A DNA stretch of 64,000 nucleotides from the human T2T-CHM13v2.0 reference genome, Homo sapiens: assembly GCF_009914755.1 (NCBI RefSeq), contig NC_060934.1; one strand, 5' to 3'. The notes under the pieces were generated by a model. The model ran no database searches, had not been told where the DNA came from, and saw nothing but the letters and a program-made list of their open reading frames with translations. Shown one piece after another: positions 25,927 through 42,617 of this stretch. Both the position numbers and the translations under genes were made by a program. The stretch's first letter is position 1. Each line of letters begins with the position of its first letter.

Positions 25927-26060
25927 GTATCCTTTAAGACAACCTCATCAACTCTGAAACCATGGTGATGCCATTCATTTGGGTGGTTGGGTGTGGTGGG
26001 GGGCCTCTCTCATGGTTGATGTCTATGCTGCCTTAGTGATCCTTAACCCCCTCACCTCAG
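25927..26060 (+). other. U12-type (minor spliceosome) GT-AG intron, 134 nt
   Basis: 5' splice site GTATCCTTT; branch site TCCTTAAC at 26040-26047; 3' splice site CAG at 26058-26060; removal restores codon T|AT (Tyr). Confidence 0.95.
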
Positions 26061-26139
26061 ATATTCAGTGCTTCACAGTGAAGCCCAAACTCGATCTGCC
26101 TCCTAAGTTTCACAGGCCAGTGTCAGAGCAGATTGTAAG
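26061..26139 (+). CDS. DOCK1: DOCK1 coding exon 5; (Y)IQCFTVKPKLDLPPKFHRPVSEQIV
   Basis: 79 nt, phase 1/2; YIQ motif of DHR-2; donor AG|gtaata. Confidence 0.96.
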
Positions 26140-27587
26140 GTAATAATCCCATTTTTCTTACCCAACGTGAGGGTTGTAAGAGGCTGTGTACAGATCTCTT
26201 GCTAATAATTCCACCTTTTAAAGGACGGACTTTGGCCATGGATTCGCTTTCCAAATGCTCTTTCTGTCCTCTTTGAAGAGCAAGGGAAGCTAATTATTTT
26301 CAGCATCCAAAAAAAGTGACAGGAGATGTTAATCCATGTGCTGGGAGCGTGCAAAGCCTATTCCTTTCCCAAAGTCAGCTGACAGCAAAAACCTAAGAGG
26401 GCAGTGGAGGCCGTCTGGTCTCCTTTATAGACCTGCCCTGTGGGGTACAATCCCCTAGGGAACTTCACAGCAGTGCACAAGTCCTGCCTGTTCCCAGCAA
26501 AGCCAAGTTCATACATGTGAGTGTGGCCTGAATGTTTGCATTTTAGAAGGCGGGAAATGGGATTTGCACATTTGCTCCTGGTGACACACAGGAGAACCCT
26601 TCAGCCTTACAGCACAGCAATTCCATAATGTAGGGTTATGAGGGGGCTTTTAAACCTCCTGAGTCAACTGTCCATATTTGAGTGAGATTTTCTGCCTGTC
26701 AGTTGTATCGCACCTGACTTAGCAATGGCATAGAAAGACCTGCTTTAGCAGATGTGTTTGATATTAAGACTTTTCTGTTCTGTTTGATCCATGTTCTGGT
26801 GAAAATATTAATCTCTTTGATGACCTCATATTCCTTAGGATCAGCTTCATTTTGCTTCCTGAAGTTTGGTGGTTTCTTTAACCTTTCATCGTTTCTTTGA
26901 CCTTGCATCAGCAATAATGGGAAATAAACTGGGACCCTGTTTATTTACAAATGATTGCTCTCGCAAGGCATACATTTTAAGGGTTGCAACATTTTTTTTC
27001 AGAGGCCTTAAGCAAATAGTGACGCTTAGAGCCTTCTCAGATGCAGTAGTTTCTTTTGCTGTGGAAGCCTGCCTGCATTTCAGTGCAGGGGAGAAATCAG
27101 TCTCAGTCTCTCCACGCCCTGCCCTGTGCATGCGGAAAGCCTGCCTCGTACCCCGACCGCGGAGGCAGGTTACTTATGTTTCCTGTGTGTCACTCTTGGG
27201 GTGGTTGCAAAATCTGTGCTTTGTAGATCTGAAACTAAGGTATGTAATACTTTTTTAAAATAATAATAAACACATACGTTGAACACAAAAGCTTTTTTCT
27301 CTCTCCTTCGCTTCACCTTTCCTCTGTTTTTGCTCATTTCACTCTTACTCAGCTTCTGTTTTCCCTCGAGGGTTGGCAGGGACAGGGAAGAGGCAAAAAC
27401 TCAAGTTAATTTTTCCACCTGCCAACATTTCCCTGGCTGGGAGAGGACACCAAGGGGATGGCTTCAGGTCAAGGTTAGGGACATTTTACAGGAGGCAGTG
27501 ACATGTTCTAAGGCCAGACCCCGTGTCCAAAAGCAAATTGGCTATTTGCCGGGTTAAATATCTAATGATCTGTCTGTCTCTGTACAG

Positions 27588-27672
27588 TTTTTACAGGGTG
27601 AACGAGGTCCAGCGATTTGAATATTCTCGGCCAATCCGGAAGGGAGAGAAAAACCCAGACAATGAATTTGCG
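27588..27672 (+). CDS. DOCK1: DOCK1 coding exon 6; (S)FYRVNEVQRFEYSRPIRKGEKNPDNEFA
   Basis: tacag| ... |gtaaaa; 85 nt, phase 2/0. Confidence 0.96.
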
Positions 27673-28129
27673 GTAAAAAACAAACAAACCACCAAACCAA
27701 ACAACAAAAAATATCATTCCGCCACCAGTAGAACTGCCACTGGAGAAGCGTGGCCTCAGAGGCAGCCACGGAGCCATATTAAATGTCTTTGTGTATTATG
27801 TGCAGAAATCTTAATCTATTACCCCCTCCAAAGTTAGAAAAACTAATTGCCATTTCACTAACAATATGACTAAGGTCACTGAGATATTTAATAAGGAGAC
27901 TGTGCCGTCCAAATGCCGGAGCTCCCATATGAGTAGCGCACTGCCTTCCCTGCGAGCCCCAGGTGAGAGAGCAGGTGCCTGTCATCTCTAGTTAAAAATG
28001 GACCCACCGAGTGCTGAGGTGCGGGGTGCTGACGTGGCTTTCTGCAGGTGACACAGCAGTCAGCACATGAACTGGATCTGGACCCGGGTGCTCATTCCTC
28101 ATTCAGTATCCAGCACCTGAACTTCAGTG

Positions 28130-29009
<880 letters not shown>

Positions 29010-30665
29010 CTAGAGCCTTTTAAAAATTCTACATACAAACTGCTTTCATGGATTCATTTGTATTTTTATTTTATTTATTTTTTTATATAGAGGTGGGGTC
29101 TATGTTGCTCAGGCTGGTCTTGAACTCCTGGGCTCAAGTGAGTGGATCCATGTTGAAAAGGCATCAAATAAGCCATAATTTTTTTAAAATGTTAATGTTT
29201 ATCCGTCTTGCCTGGGAAACCTCCGGAAATCCTTCTGTACTCCTGTATTGCAAGGAGGCATTAGCCCGGGGACCCCCAAGGAGGACCGGCTCTGCTGAGA
29301 ATGGCTTCTCTTGTGTGCCGTCCGAAGGCATCTAGGCTGCAAAGGTCAAAGGTGAATTAACACCCTACTCCTGACCAGAGCAAAGCTCGGAACCCTTCCA
29401 GCAGGGTTGCCTCAAGTAAAGAGTGGTGGCTACCCAGTCTCCCTCCCAATCCCTCAGGGGTCTGCCAGTCATGGGATCCTCAGGGCAGTACCTGTGAGTC
29501 TCCTAGCTCAGCTCTTAAGAGCCATGGGGAAGTTCCTTCCAGCCCTGAGGCCAGATTCCTTGTGTGTCACCAAGGAGCACAAACGAGCTTGGAGTTGGTG
29601 AAATCTGCAGTATTGTGCAGTCCCAGCAGGCTGGTTGTTTGAAGATTATGTTCACCCTATTTGTTGGTGAACCCAGCACCCTGGACCTCCTCCAGGACTG
29701 GTCACTACAGTGTCCATTGTCTGCAACAGTGCGGGCAGAACCTAGGCACGTCCAACCTGGACACCCTCGCTAAGGGCAGTGGCTTTCAGAGCAGACTGCA
29801 CCTGTTACTGTCATCATAAGCGCTAACGCTAGTGTTTATATGGAGTCCCTCAACTGTGGGATTTATAGGCAGTTCTTGAATTTCCCTCACACCTCTCCCA
29901 TCTGGCAAGTAGATATATTCTTAGACTATAAAGAAATAGACACAAGGAGGTCAAGTGAGCCACTGGAGGGTGCGCGGCCAGTTGGGTGCAGAGCTAAGAA
30001 TAACGAAGGCTCTTGACATTTTGAGCTATGCTGAGCCTCAGAGGCTATGCTTCTTCTAAATGGCCCTGAAATCCCCTAATGGCCCTGTTGAGGTCCGGGC
30101 ACTTGGACAAAGTGTTCGGAAGCTGCAGGATTTGGTCCTTCACATGCCCCACAAAGCCTTAGATAAGTGCAACGTCTTTTGCTCTACTGGGAAGCCAGCC
30201 TCGGCCCCTCCAGCGGGGAGCCTGGCTCCAAGTGCAGGGGGCTGGGGAAGCTGCCCACCAGGCCGAGAGCAGTGCGAGGTGGCTCATCCCTGCAGACCTG
30301 GCAAGGGGTGACTGATGTGCTGGGGAGTGAGGGCACTGACGAGGAGGAAGATGAGACAGGGCCTGCGTGAGGAGGAGCTGGCCGTAAAGCCCAGGATGGA
30401 ACCCAGAGGTCCGTCTCAGGGCATGTTGACATGAGAGAAAGCACTGGAATCTGGTCTAGAGGTGGATGTGAGAGGGCCAGACCTGTTTCCATTGCCAGGA
30501 CAAAAACCTGAGGGAGCCGTCCCCATGGGGCAAAGAGGACTGGTGTGGGACACGGAGGCCTTGCCTGTGTCCTTATGGCTTCAGCCAGCTCCTTCCCTTT
30601 CCTCCTATGGAACGTAAGAAGTTTGGGATAAATGCTTTCCAAGATCCAAGTCAGTTTTCTGAAAA

Positions 30666-30955
30666 TTTTTTTTTTTTGAGAGAGAGTCTTGCTCTGTTGC
30701 CTAGGCTGAAGTGCAGTGGTGTAATGTCAGCTCCCTGCAACCTCCGCCTCCCGAGTTCAAGCGATTCTCATGCCTCAGCCTCCTGAGTAGCTGAGACTAT
30801 AGGCACATGCCACCACATCTGGCTAATTTTTGTATTTTTAGTAGAGACGGGATTTTGCCACGTTGCCCGGCCTGGTCTCGAAGTCCTGAGCTCAGGCAAT
30901 CTGCCCGCCCTGGCCTCCCAAAGTGCTGGGATTACAGACGTGAGCCCCCCACGCT
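30666..30955 (-). mobile_element. AluS (Sx/Sz-like)
   Basis: Poly-T followed by the reverse Alu dimer. Confidence 0.93.
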
Positions 30956-31899
30956 TGTCCCAGTTTTCTGGAATGACTGGCATTCCATTATCCCATCTGC
31001 TTAAGTCTAGATTCCTGTTGACACTCAGACTGCTCAGTGACCCTGCAGTGCAGGGAGGTTGGAATGGCAGAAGATTGTTGCAAGCTAGACAGTACGAACG
31101 AGGCAGTAGGATAAAGGATTTCCAGTTGACCCCTGCATTGGAGTTTTTGTGCAATCCTTAAAGAGTAGTAGAATTGTATTTATTGGGTTAGAACAGTTTC
31201 CTGCAATAGGTAATATACTGTTTTACAAAGAACACATTGTCAAATGATGTTTTTATTTAAAATATGCATAGACACACTTTTTAATACTTAGTAAGAAGTC
31301 TTGAACAATAGATACTAAAGCATATAGGTTATCAGCTTCAGGTAGGGGATGGTTTTTCCTCCTGCTCTTTCCATATCTTTATGTTCTCATATAAACATAT
31401 ATTAGTTACGTCAAAACATTTTAAAGTTTAAAATACCGACTGGTTTTATCAGAACATCAGAGGTCACTTTGATTAAATCCAGTCTCCCAAAGATGTATTT
31501 GCCCCTTTTAGTTTCTTATGAACACTGTAGCTAATGTAAGACTTCTTTGGAGCCTTCCTCAAAATCTGTTTGCTCAAGAGGGGCTCCCCATACCTCATTT
31601 TGGAGTATACACATCTTTCTCACTCACCTAGTATACTTTCATTGTCAAATACCAGAGTGGTGGGCAATGTTGGCTAGGGGACAGGGGATACTTTGATGTA
31701 TCCTGAGCGACCGTTAGGTAGAGCGTGGCTTGTGAGGTGCTACCTGAAGGCACACATGCCCTGTGCTGAGCACCACAGACCCTGTCCTGCTGAAGGACCT
31801 GACTCCTTTGGAGTTATTCTATAAATCCCCCTTAGGGCAGAGCTGTCCACCTGCTGACATCCTTCTAACCCGTGTTGTGTGTGTGTGTTTCCTTTGCAG

Positions 31900-31986
31900 A
31901 ATATGTGGATCGAGAGAACCATATATACAACTGCATATAAATTACCTGGAATTTTAAGGTGGTTTGAGGTCAAGTCTGTTTTCATG
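31900..31986 (+). CDS. DOCK1: DOCK1 coding exon 7; NMWIERTIYTTAYKLPGILRWFEVKSVFM
   Basis: (tg)n then tttgcag| ... |gtaagg; 87 nt, phase 0/0. Confidence 0.97.
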
Positions 31987-33962
31987 GTAAGGATGGCCCC
32001 ACCCCAGAAGGAATTGTCCGTTCCCTTCCTCAATACAGTCTGCCACGCCTTCTTCACCTGCTCATGCCCCGTGGTCACTGTGGCAGCGTGCACACAGCAG
32101 ACTCTACAGTTCCCGTAACCACCCCACCTGTTCTTGAGAGCATCGATATCTCCTCGCCTAGCCATATTTTAGTGGAAATGCTGTGTAATCACGACCAACT
32201 CTAGCTTATCAAAAAACCAGAATGAAGATTTCATTTCTTCTTACAATGTATTTAAATTCAGTCATAGCTGTGCTGTTTTGACAATGCTTTGTGTTAACCA
32301 AGTGAAAAGTTGAAGACAAATTCCAGTCTACATAAACTTTTTTAAAGATTTTTTTCCTGATGGTTTTATTGCCATTTACATGACAAACAACTATTAATTA
32401 ATAGTCCTTGCCCATTTCAAGTAAAAATAGCCTGAGAACATACCCCTCCCTGACCCTTTTTAAAGAAATAACGATTTCCAGCTCTCAACAAAGCTAAACT
32501 TTGCTTTGAGATGGGGCAGTTTCATTTACGTGAAACTCACATTTGCAGTGAGCTATTGGACAGTTTCATTTACATGAACCAGAGTTGGGCTGCAGATTTA
32601 TTGACAGTATTGAAATGTCAGGGCCAAGGCAACTGGCAATATAAAAACATCTGATTGAAATCTGTACGTTTTTGTTCATGTGTCTCAGTGCCTTTTGTTT
32701 TCACCTGGCAAGAACTCACTGAGGGGGTGGCACTTGCCATTTAGTTTTCAATGAGTCCCCCCGAAACACCTGATTATTTGTCTCTAGGGGCCGGCATCTC
32801 TCTGCCCAGCTGCGTGTCCAGCGCCGAGCCTTCTCCTTTGCCCACACCAGCATGAGCTATGGGCAGCTATGGGCCACTCTCTGAGAGGTTGCCCGCAGTC
32901 AGAGCCACTGCTTTATACTCAAAGCACCCAGGGCTCTTCACCTACCCCTCCTGGGGTCACTTTCTGCTCTGGAGTTCCCTTTCTGTGCCCCTAGCAGCCA
33001 GGCAGTGCCTGACAGATAGAAGGCTGTGGGAGTTATGTGTCAGGTGGTAAAAATGCACTCCCTTTGCTGGGTCCCTTTGTAGCTAGTGAGGCATTGTACA
33101 TGTGAGAGACAACAGAAGAGCAGGCCCTCCACCTAAACAGGCCGTGATCCTCTTAATCACCCTCTGCCCATGAGCCCTTTGTAATCGGGGCCTGCCAGCC
33201 AACAGCTGCCAGATGCAGGAGCTTAGGGAGGTGGAGAGGGGAGCCCTGACCTTTCGTGAGGATGCAGCTTCTCCTCGGGCTGCTTTGGCCATTTTGAACA
33301 GACTAAGAGGGCAGGAAGGCAAATAATCCCAGAATGGCAGGACTCACGTCCTGCTACCAAACCCTGATGCCCTCCTCGTGCCACCTGGGACCAACCCCCG
33401 TGGGATATCTGTGGGAGCAGCAGCTAACCTTCTTCAATAAAAATAGGAAGGGATTCTTTCTCAGTGCAAATGAGATTAGTAACAGGGAGGTAACAGTCAG
33501 TCCTGGTGGAATACTGCCCTGGAGTGTGCATTTGTTGAAGCTGTGTGCCCGGGATGAAATGTCGTAGGGCCTGGCAAAGTAAGTTGTGGGGTCAGGACAG
33601 CATGGCTATGCCTGCTGTCCAGGACACCGGACAAGGGGCCCTCTCAGCAGGGTGCACGTGGCTGGCCACACCCAGTGCATCACAATCTCCCCAAGGCTGT
33701 CCCTCCATCAGTGCAAGGACAGTGACATCAGTGGGCAGACAACCTCTGTTATGTCCACAGCCACCTAGGAGTGCCAGTCTAGGGTTGCTGACGGACAGAA
33801 TCGCCCATTCTCTGTTCATCTCTGCCCTGCCCCACCCCCAGCTCCCAGGCAGTCCGCTAGAGGCTGTAGCAGGAAGAAAGCCGGACATGAAGATACCAAG
33901 GGCTCTTGGGCATGGGTGGGGGCCCATCACGCTTCCTTTGGAAGGAGCAAAGTTATTGCTGA

Positions 33963-34694
<732 letters not shown>

Positions 34695-35110
34695 TAACCG
34701 GACAGGTAGTGCAGGCTGCCCGGGCTTAGATTCCTCAAAATTCCCGAACATCTCCCTCAGCACAACAAGCAGAGAACAAGAACAGGATTGGAAGTGGCTG
34801 TTCTGAAGCAGGTGTATTCAAGCACTCAAGGCTGCGTGTTTTCCTGGGATGACCACATATGTGCATAGCCACATGCACACACACAGCCCCGCCCCCAGAG
34901 CTGAGCAGCAGCTTTGCTTTGTTCCTTTGGAATTTTCATCTCTGGGAACAAACCATAATAATAAAATGCCCAGCCACCCAAAAATTCTGTTTGGAAGAAA
35001 GGTTCACGGAGGAGCAGGAAGCCTGCCCCAGAGCACGTGGCTCCTCTGGTGAGACCCTGGGAGTGGAGGCAGCTGTGGGGCTGACATCGGGCTCTCCTCT
35101 CTCTTTGCAG

Positions 35111-35287
35111 GTGGAAATCAGCCCCCTGGAGAATGCCATTGAGACCATGCAGCTGACGAACGACAAGATCAACAGCATGGTGCAGCAGCACCTGGATGAC
35201 CCCAGCCTGCCCATCAACCCGCTCTCCATGCTCCTGAACGGCATCGTGGACCCAGCTGTCATGGGGGGCTTCGCAAACTACGAAAAG
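35111..35287 (+). CDS. DOCK1: DOCK1 coding exon 8; [10 protein letters not shown]...[18 protein letters not shown]-2 catalytic lobe C
   Basis: tttgcag| ... |gtacgg; 177 nt; contains the ISP motif and the nucleotide-sensor valine (PAVMGG). Confidence 0.98.
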
Positions 35288-35739
35288 GTACGGGACCCAC
35301 CAGCTTGCTCTGGGCAAGCAGTCCTGCCCGGGGACAGACTGAAAATTCCCGAGAGTCCCCAAAGCCCAGAAACGCCCCTGGTCTCATTGAGCAATCTCAG
35401 CAGTGGCCCAGCCAAGGCCAGGCAGCAGCAGCCAGTGGCGGCCCTTGAAGCCTGCAGCAAGGTCAAGGCCGGAGTCCCGGCAAGGCTCCCCTGGGCATCC
35501 CCAGACAGCCAGGAAGCCCCCACTGACCCACCCAGGCTGGGCTTATCTGCACCCAGGCCTCCAGTGGCTTTTACAAGGTCTGGGATCTTACAGGCCAAAA
35601 GATAAAGTTAGACAAAAACACCAGAATATCAGGACTAGGGAGGTAGCGCTTTGACGGTGGAGGGGGCCCGGCCAGCTGGTCTCCCTGGATCCTAGCTCTG
35701 TAGGAATGGGCAGAAGTTGAAGGACACAGGGTGTATCCT

Positions 35740-35950
35740 AGACCACCCCTGCCTGTGTTTGTAACTGCAGTTCTTTTGGAAGAAGGCCACGCCTGTGCAC
35801 TTACTTACGCCTGAGGCTGTTTTCCTGATACTGTAACTGGCGAGTTGAGTAGTGGCAGCATTGAGTAGTTGTGATAGAGACCTGTATGGTCCACAACACC
35901 TAAAATGTTTACCATCTGGCCTTTCACAAAAAAAGCTTGTTGACCCCTGA
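35740..35950. mobile_element. MER58 (hAT-Charlie)
   Basis: ttgagtagttgtgatagagacctgtatgg...cctaaaatgtttaccatctggcctttcaca...tgacccctg. Confidence 0.75.
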
Positions 35951-36411
35951 TCTAGACAGAGCAAAAACTGAGACAAAAAGGATACTGCCTGAGAGAAGGC
36001 TGCGAGGAGATGATTACCCACCCTTGCACAAAGAAGTTTGTTGCCTTCAGGTGTAGGTCAGGCCTGGGCAGGTGCAGGGGCTAGGCAGGAGGCATGGGCG
36101 TGTGAGTAGCTGGGAGGGCTGTATTCACTGCCACCCAGCAGGACCAAGCCACCAGGTCAGCTGTGGCCTTCCTGGACCCCAAGAACTGGGGTTGCTGCTG
36201 TAGACAGCCCTGTTAGCTCCACTTACAGTGTTTGACCTTGTGGGACATTTTGTCCTGGGTGCTGCGAAGGGTGTGACCCTGAGTCTGCAGTGAGCTTCGT
36301 GTGGATCTGTTTTATGCACAGCTCTATTCTCAGGGCCTGGCACACAGTAAGTGTGCAAAAACCTGTGTTTGCTGAGCAGGTGCACTGAGCAACTCTCCTT
36401 GTCTCCACCAG

Positions 36412-36495
36412 GCCTTCTTTACAGACCGGTACCTGCAGGAGCACCCTGAGGCCCATGAAAAGATCGAGAAGCTCAAGGACCTGATTGCTTGGCAG
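36412..36495 (+). CDS. DOCK1: DOCK1 coding exon 9; AFFTDRYLQEHPEAHEKIEKLKDLIAWQ
   Basis: ccaccag| ... |gtaaag; 84 nt, phase 0/0. Confidence 0.97.
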
Positions 36496-37350
36496 GTAAA
36501 GTGTCCAGCAAGAGTCCTGCATGGCTGGAGGGAAGGAAAGCTAGGAGGGTCTAGGCTCAGCACACACACCAGCCAGCATGGAGGTCCCTGGGCTGCAGTC
36601 CTGATGCACGTGGCTGTGATTGTCCCTGGGTGAACCCACCCACTGCTGTCGTGATCAACTCAGCTCCTGGGCTGCAGTCAGGAATTTGAACACCCAGAAA
36701 ATTATCTCTTGCAAATGAACAAGGTCTCTTTCCTCCCCTTGGTCAATTCTGCCGGCTGCTGGAAAACTTTTTCTCTGTCTGTATTGATAGAACATTGAGG
36801 TGAGCTCAGAGCCATGAAGCCTTGAGCTCTAGCCTGTGCCAGGAAAGGCGCTCGGGCCAGTGCAGTCCCTGTGAAACGCATGTACGTCAGAAGCTGCAGT
36901 GCACCCTCTCCCTGTTCTCCGTGCACCTCTGGCGGTGGTGTGCGTCCTCATCTGTGTTTTCCCAGCTGAAGTTGTGCAAGTTATTTCACTGTTCTACTTA
37001 TGCTCCTGGGGCCTCGGGAGCCTTTCCCAGAGGGCCAGCATCTTGAAAGGGCAGACCCTGGGTGCCTTGGGTTTAAGTGTCAGAACCGGACGGATGCATC
37101 TGTGCTTCTCAGAGCCTTCCTGAGCCTGGAAGTGTAGGGGTCAAGAGCCAGTCCTCACAAGAGCTTGGCCGGCACCAGCCTGCTCTGCTGCTTTAGGCCA
37201 CTGCCTCTTTAGGCTTCCTTTTCACATGTGGGAGGCAAGGAGGGTGCTGTCCCCGAGATCTTGCCACACTGTGTAAAGAGAGTTGAGGGAGGTGGGGGCA
37301 AAGGCCTGCATGGGTTTGGACCAGGTGTCGTAGCCCAGGCCACTTTGCTA

Positions 37351-37960
<610 letters not shown>

Positions 37961-38194
37961 ACTGTGAGCATTTTTATTCTGACATCCCAGCAGGGCCTCT
38001 TCTTAGTGGCCTCTCTGTCATCAGCACATTGGCCAATGAGACGTCTTAGAGTGGAGCAAGGCTGAGCTTTGGTTGTGAGCCAAGGTACGAGTCCTCTTAA
38101 ATTTGTGTTTAGATATATAGGATGGGTTGGATTTTTATAATTCTAAGTGCTTATACTGATATATAAACATAATATACATTATGTATATATTATA

Positions 38195-39250
<1,056 letters not shown>

Positions 39251-40634
39251 AGTTTTATTTATATGTATATATAAACAAAAATTATATTAAAAGGGAAGAA
39301 ATCAGACTTTGTCACAAATCTGCATTTGAAATCTGTTTGCTTTGGAATTATGGTTTTGAACGTCCTCAGAGTTTGACTGAAAGGGACATTGTTGGCCAAC
39401 TTTGGCTTCTTTGCATGGATTGTAAGCCTCATGTAGACAGTCTCCCTCTGTAACTAAAAAAGTGGGAGAGAGTTTAAAATTGTGAATGATTCCATTTTAG
39501 ATGTTGTAGATTTTTTACTAAAGGGTACGAAATTCAAAATTCCTCTGCAGGCTATAAAACTATTGCTATACAAAAACTAGTTTGGTCTGCAAAAGTTCTA
39601 TTGATTTTTTTTTTCCTATAAGCTTTTACAGCAAATTGGATTTTAAGAGTTTCAAGTCCTACAGAGGAAAATAATTTGTTCCCCAGAGAGCAGCTTTATG
39701 TCAGCACTATGTCATCATTCCTAATAACTATATTAAAGGATGAATTTTAAAGCAGGTCACAGGAAAGGTAAAAGAATCAGTTTTCTAGTAACTTCATTAA
39801 ATCAAAGAGTGATGAAAAATGCATATTCCAAACATTACCTGTGATTTTGCTTTCATTTGCAAATGTTTGGAAAACCCGTATCTTGGTATTGGCAACTGAG
39901 TCATATGTTCATTAAAAATAAGAAGTTTGAATTTATCAGAATGCTTTGTTCTCTTTTTGTTTATTAGTTCATCTGGTTTGGTTTTTTCCTGAAACTATCA
40001 GGGCAGAGTGAGGTTTTTCTCCTGGGAGTCCCAGGACTCATGTGCAGAGTTTTCATCACCGATATATAATAAGCTCAGCTCTGATGCATAAAATGGTTTG
40101 TGAAGGTTGGTTAATAAGTCCCAGGCAGCTCCTCCTCAGCCCTGCTTGCTGCCTCAGAAACAGAGGATGGGCTGACCTGCTCCTCGCTGGGTGGGAGGTG
40201 GCAGTCAGGGTGCACACTGTGTGGTGCCTCTTGTAGGTTTGCGGCTGGCACCAGGTCATGAGTCACTTTCTCAAAGGCACAATTCCATCTTTCTCCATAC
40301 ACAGCTGTCATTGTGGAGCATCCCTGCCGAGTATCCAAAGACAAATCCATACAGTCTCATATTAAACTGCTGTGATGTATACATATTTCTCTTTTGAAAT
40401 GTACGAAGATGAAAGGCTGAACTCAGCCATCATCCCCAGCTGATGACAAGCATGACTGTTGTGTCCAGGGGTGGTGCTCCTGGAGCATTAAGCAAGGCTT
40501 CCAGATGTTCTGTGCTGCTTTCAGGGCATGAATCTGTGCAGGGTACAGACAGGAGCAAACTTCAAATACGGCCCATCAGGAGGGCGTCTTTGTAGAGCAG
40601 GCTGCAGGCTCGCTTTGATTAATTAGAGGTGTGA

Positions 40635-40775
40635 CTTAGGGAAAGTCCTCTCCCATCTCTGGGCTCTGAGAAACTCTTTAGGAATGCAGATTCCTGGGAT
40701 CTGCCTACAGCAAATCAGGGCTCTGGAGGTGGGGTTCAGGAATCCACCTGAGATTCTGATGCTTAGCCAGAGTGG
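40635..40775. mobile_element. MER5A-like fragment
   Basis: aatgcagattcctggg...aatcagggctctggaggtgggg.caggaatc. Confidence 0.55.
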
Positions 40776-42617
40776 AACCCACTCAACTACAGGGTCTCCA
40801 GAGACCATTTCAGACCCTCGGTCTATGTTAAGTGCTTTTTGTGCATTGGAATGTGTTTACTCAGGGCATCCTCTTATCTTCTTTCATTTAGAATCACACC
40901 TGCAGTTCAGCCCCAAGTAGACATATAACAGGGAACCAGTTCCTGTCCTATCAGAAGGTTATTTCCCATCAACGTCAGGAACTGCTGAGAGTGGTGAATT
41001 CTCACACCTGGTAAATTTCACCTATCAGATTGCAGTTCGAGCAGCACAAGCGTCCTAAACCAAAAGGTCTTAACTCTCATCTGACAAGTACCTTCTTTGA
41101 CAGAAAGAATCTGACCATTAAGAGTTTTATCACACCACCATCAACACCAACAACAGCAAAACTCAGGAACTAGATTACATTTTGTAGTTTGAGAAAGGCC
41201 CGCCCTAAATCAGAAATGCTTTTAGTATCTAGGGTGGCTGTGCTTTCACCTTGCAACAGCACCTCCACACATCCCTGCCTTTGCATCCAGAGAGAGACCC
41301 AACACATTCGACATCCCACCAAAAGTTGTCCCGGTCTGTCTGCGTCATCCCCCAAGGCGGAACTCAGGAGGCAGAAGGCTGACAGTGAGCATTTTCTACT
41401 GCTGGCCCTGAGTAAACCGCGGCTAGCCCCGGGGAAGCTGCCATCTGCACGAGTAATTCATAGGGAATATTAAAACATCCCAAGTATTTTGAAATCTCTC
41501 TGTATGCTGTCCTTTCGGTGATAACTGGCCAGAAAGGCCTGACATGTGCCTAGGGTTTGGGGCCAACTGTCAGCAAAACAAACTTTTGTGTCGGTGCAGC
41601 CTCCAAGCAGGCTAGGAGGGCTATGAGCGAGGAGAGCGCTGCTACTCCCTCCTTTCCTGGAGCACCAAGAGAGGCAACAGCTGTGTGCTATAAATGGTAA
41701 CCAAATACATTTGATGCGTTGATTCATCTTGATAAGATTTCTTGAATTTGCTCACATGAAATTCAATTGTGTACTTATTATCGTTCATACTAATAAATCT
41801 CATTTAGATTGGTGTTCTGTCCTATTAGGAAAATCTGTTTTTAATCAGTATTTTGATTTAATTATAAATTATTGAGAGGAAGCCTCTTAGCTTGATTACA
41901 TGGAAGAATGTCTAACTGAGTCCAAGCCCTGGGGGGAAGCAGAGACCAGGGACAGAAAGGGAGACTTTTCCTTCTCCCACCCCACAACAGCAGCAACTCT
42001 GGTGGGTCTCTGCAGCTGGGAGAATGAAAATGTCTCTCTTAGAACGTTTTTAAAGGTCAGCTTCATCTCCACTCTCGGAAGTGAAGTGTTGGCATGGATA
42101 TTTTGTGACAGCAGTGTCGCAGAGAAGCGATTATTTTTAGTTTTAAAGAAGAATAAATTTGGTTTTCACTTCCAAAAAAGGAAGATTTTTCAGGACTATA
42201 GATCACATGTAATTACCTTTTGGAATAGGGTTCTCGTAAAGGCAATATTCTTAGCTAAAAAATGTTCGCACTCTGACATGACCCTTTGCTAATAGAACAA
42301 GTTACATCTAAACAAATTCAAGGTGTAGCTCTTCCCAAACTCAAGTGAAAAGCACAGATAAGTCTATTCTGGGAAATTAACTGAGTAGCCGTGGTGTAGG
42401 GCGCACCACACTGGACATAGTCAATTCAGAACACAAATGGTTTTCATGTAAACATTTTGGTCTTTGGTGGTAATATGCCTGCTGGTAAATTGAATCAGCT
42501 GGTTTGATTTGGAAACCAAAGCAGATCGTTTTGCCAGTTCCCCTTTCCCCAAGTGTGCATTGCTCGTCCTAGACCATTATCCAAGAAATAAGGAATGTCA
42601 ACCTCTCTGTTTTCCAG

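Noticed and set aside
34859-35605. 248-aa ORF as a standalone gene
   Set aside because: It is DOCK1 exon 8 plus chance open intronic flanks; splice sites at 35111 and 35287 explain the coding part
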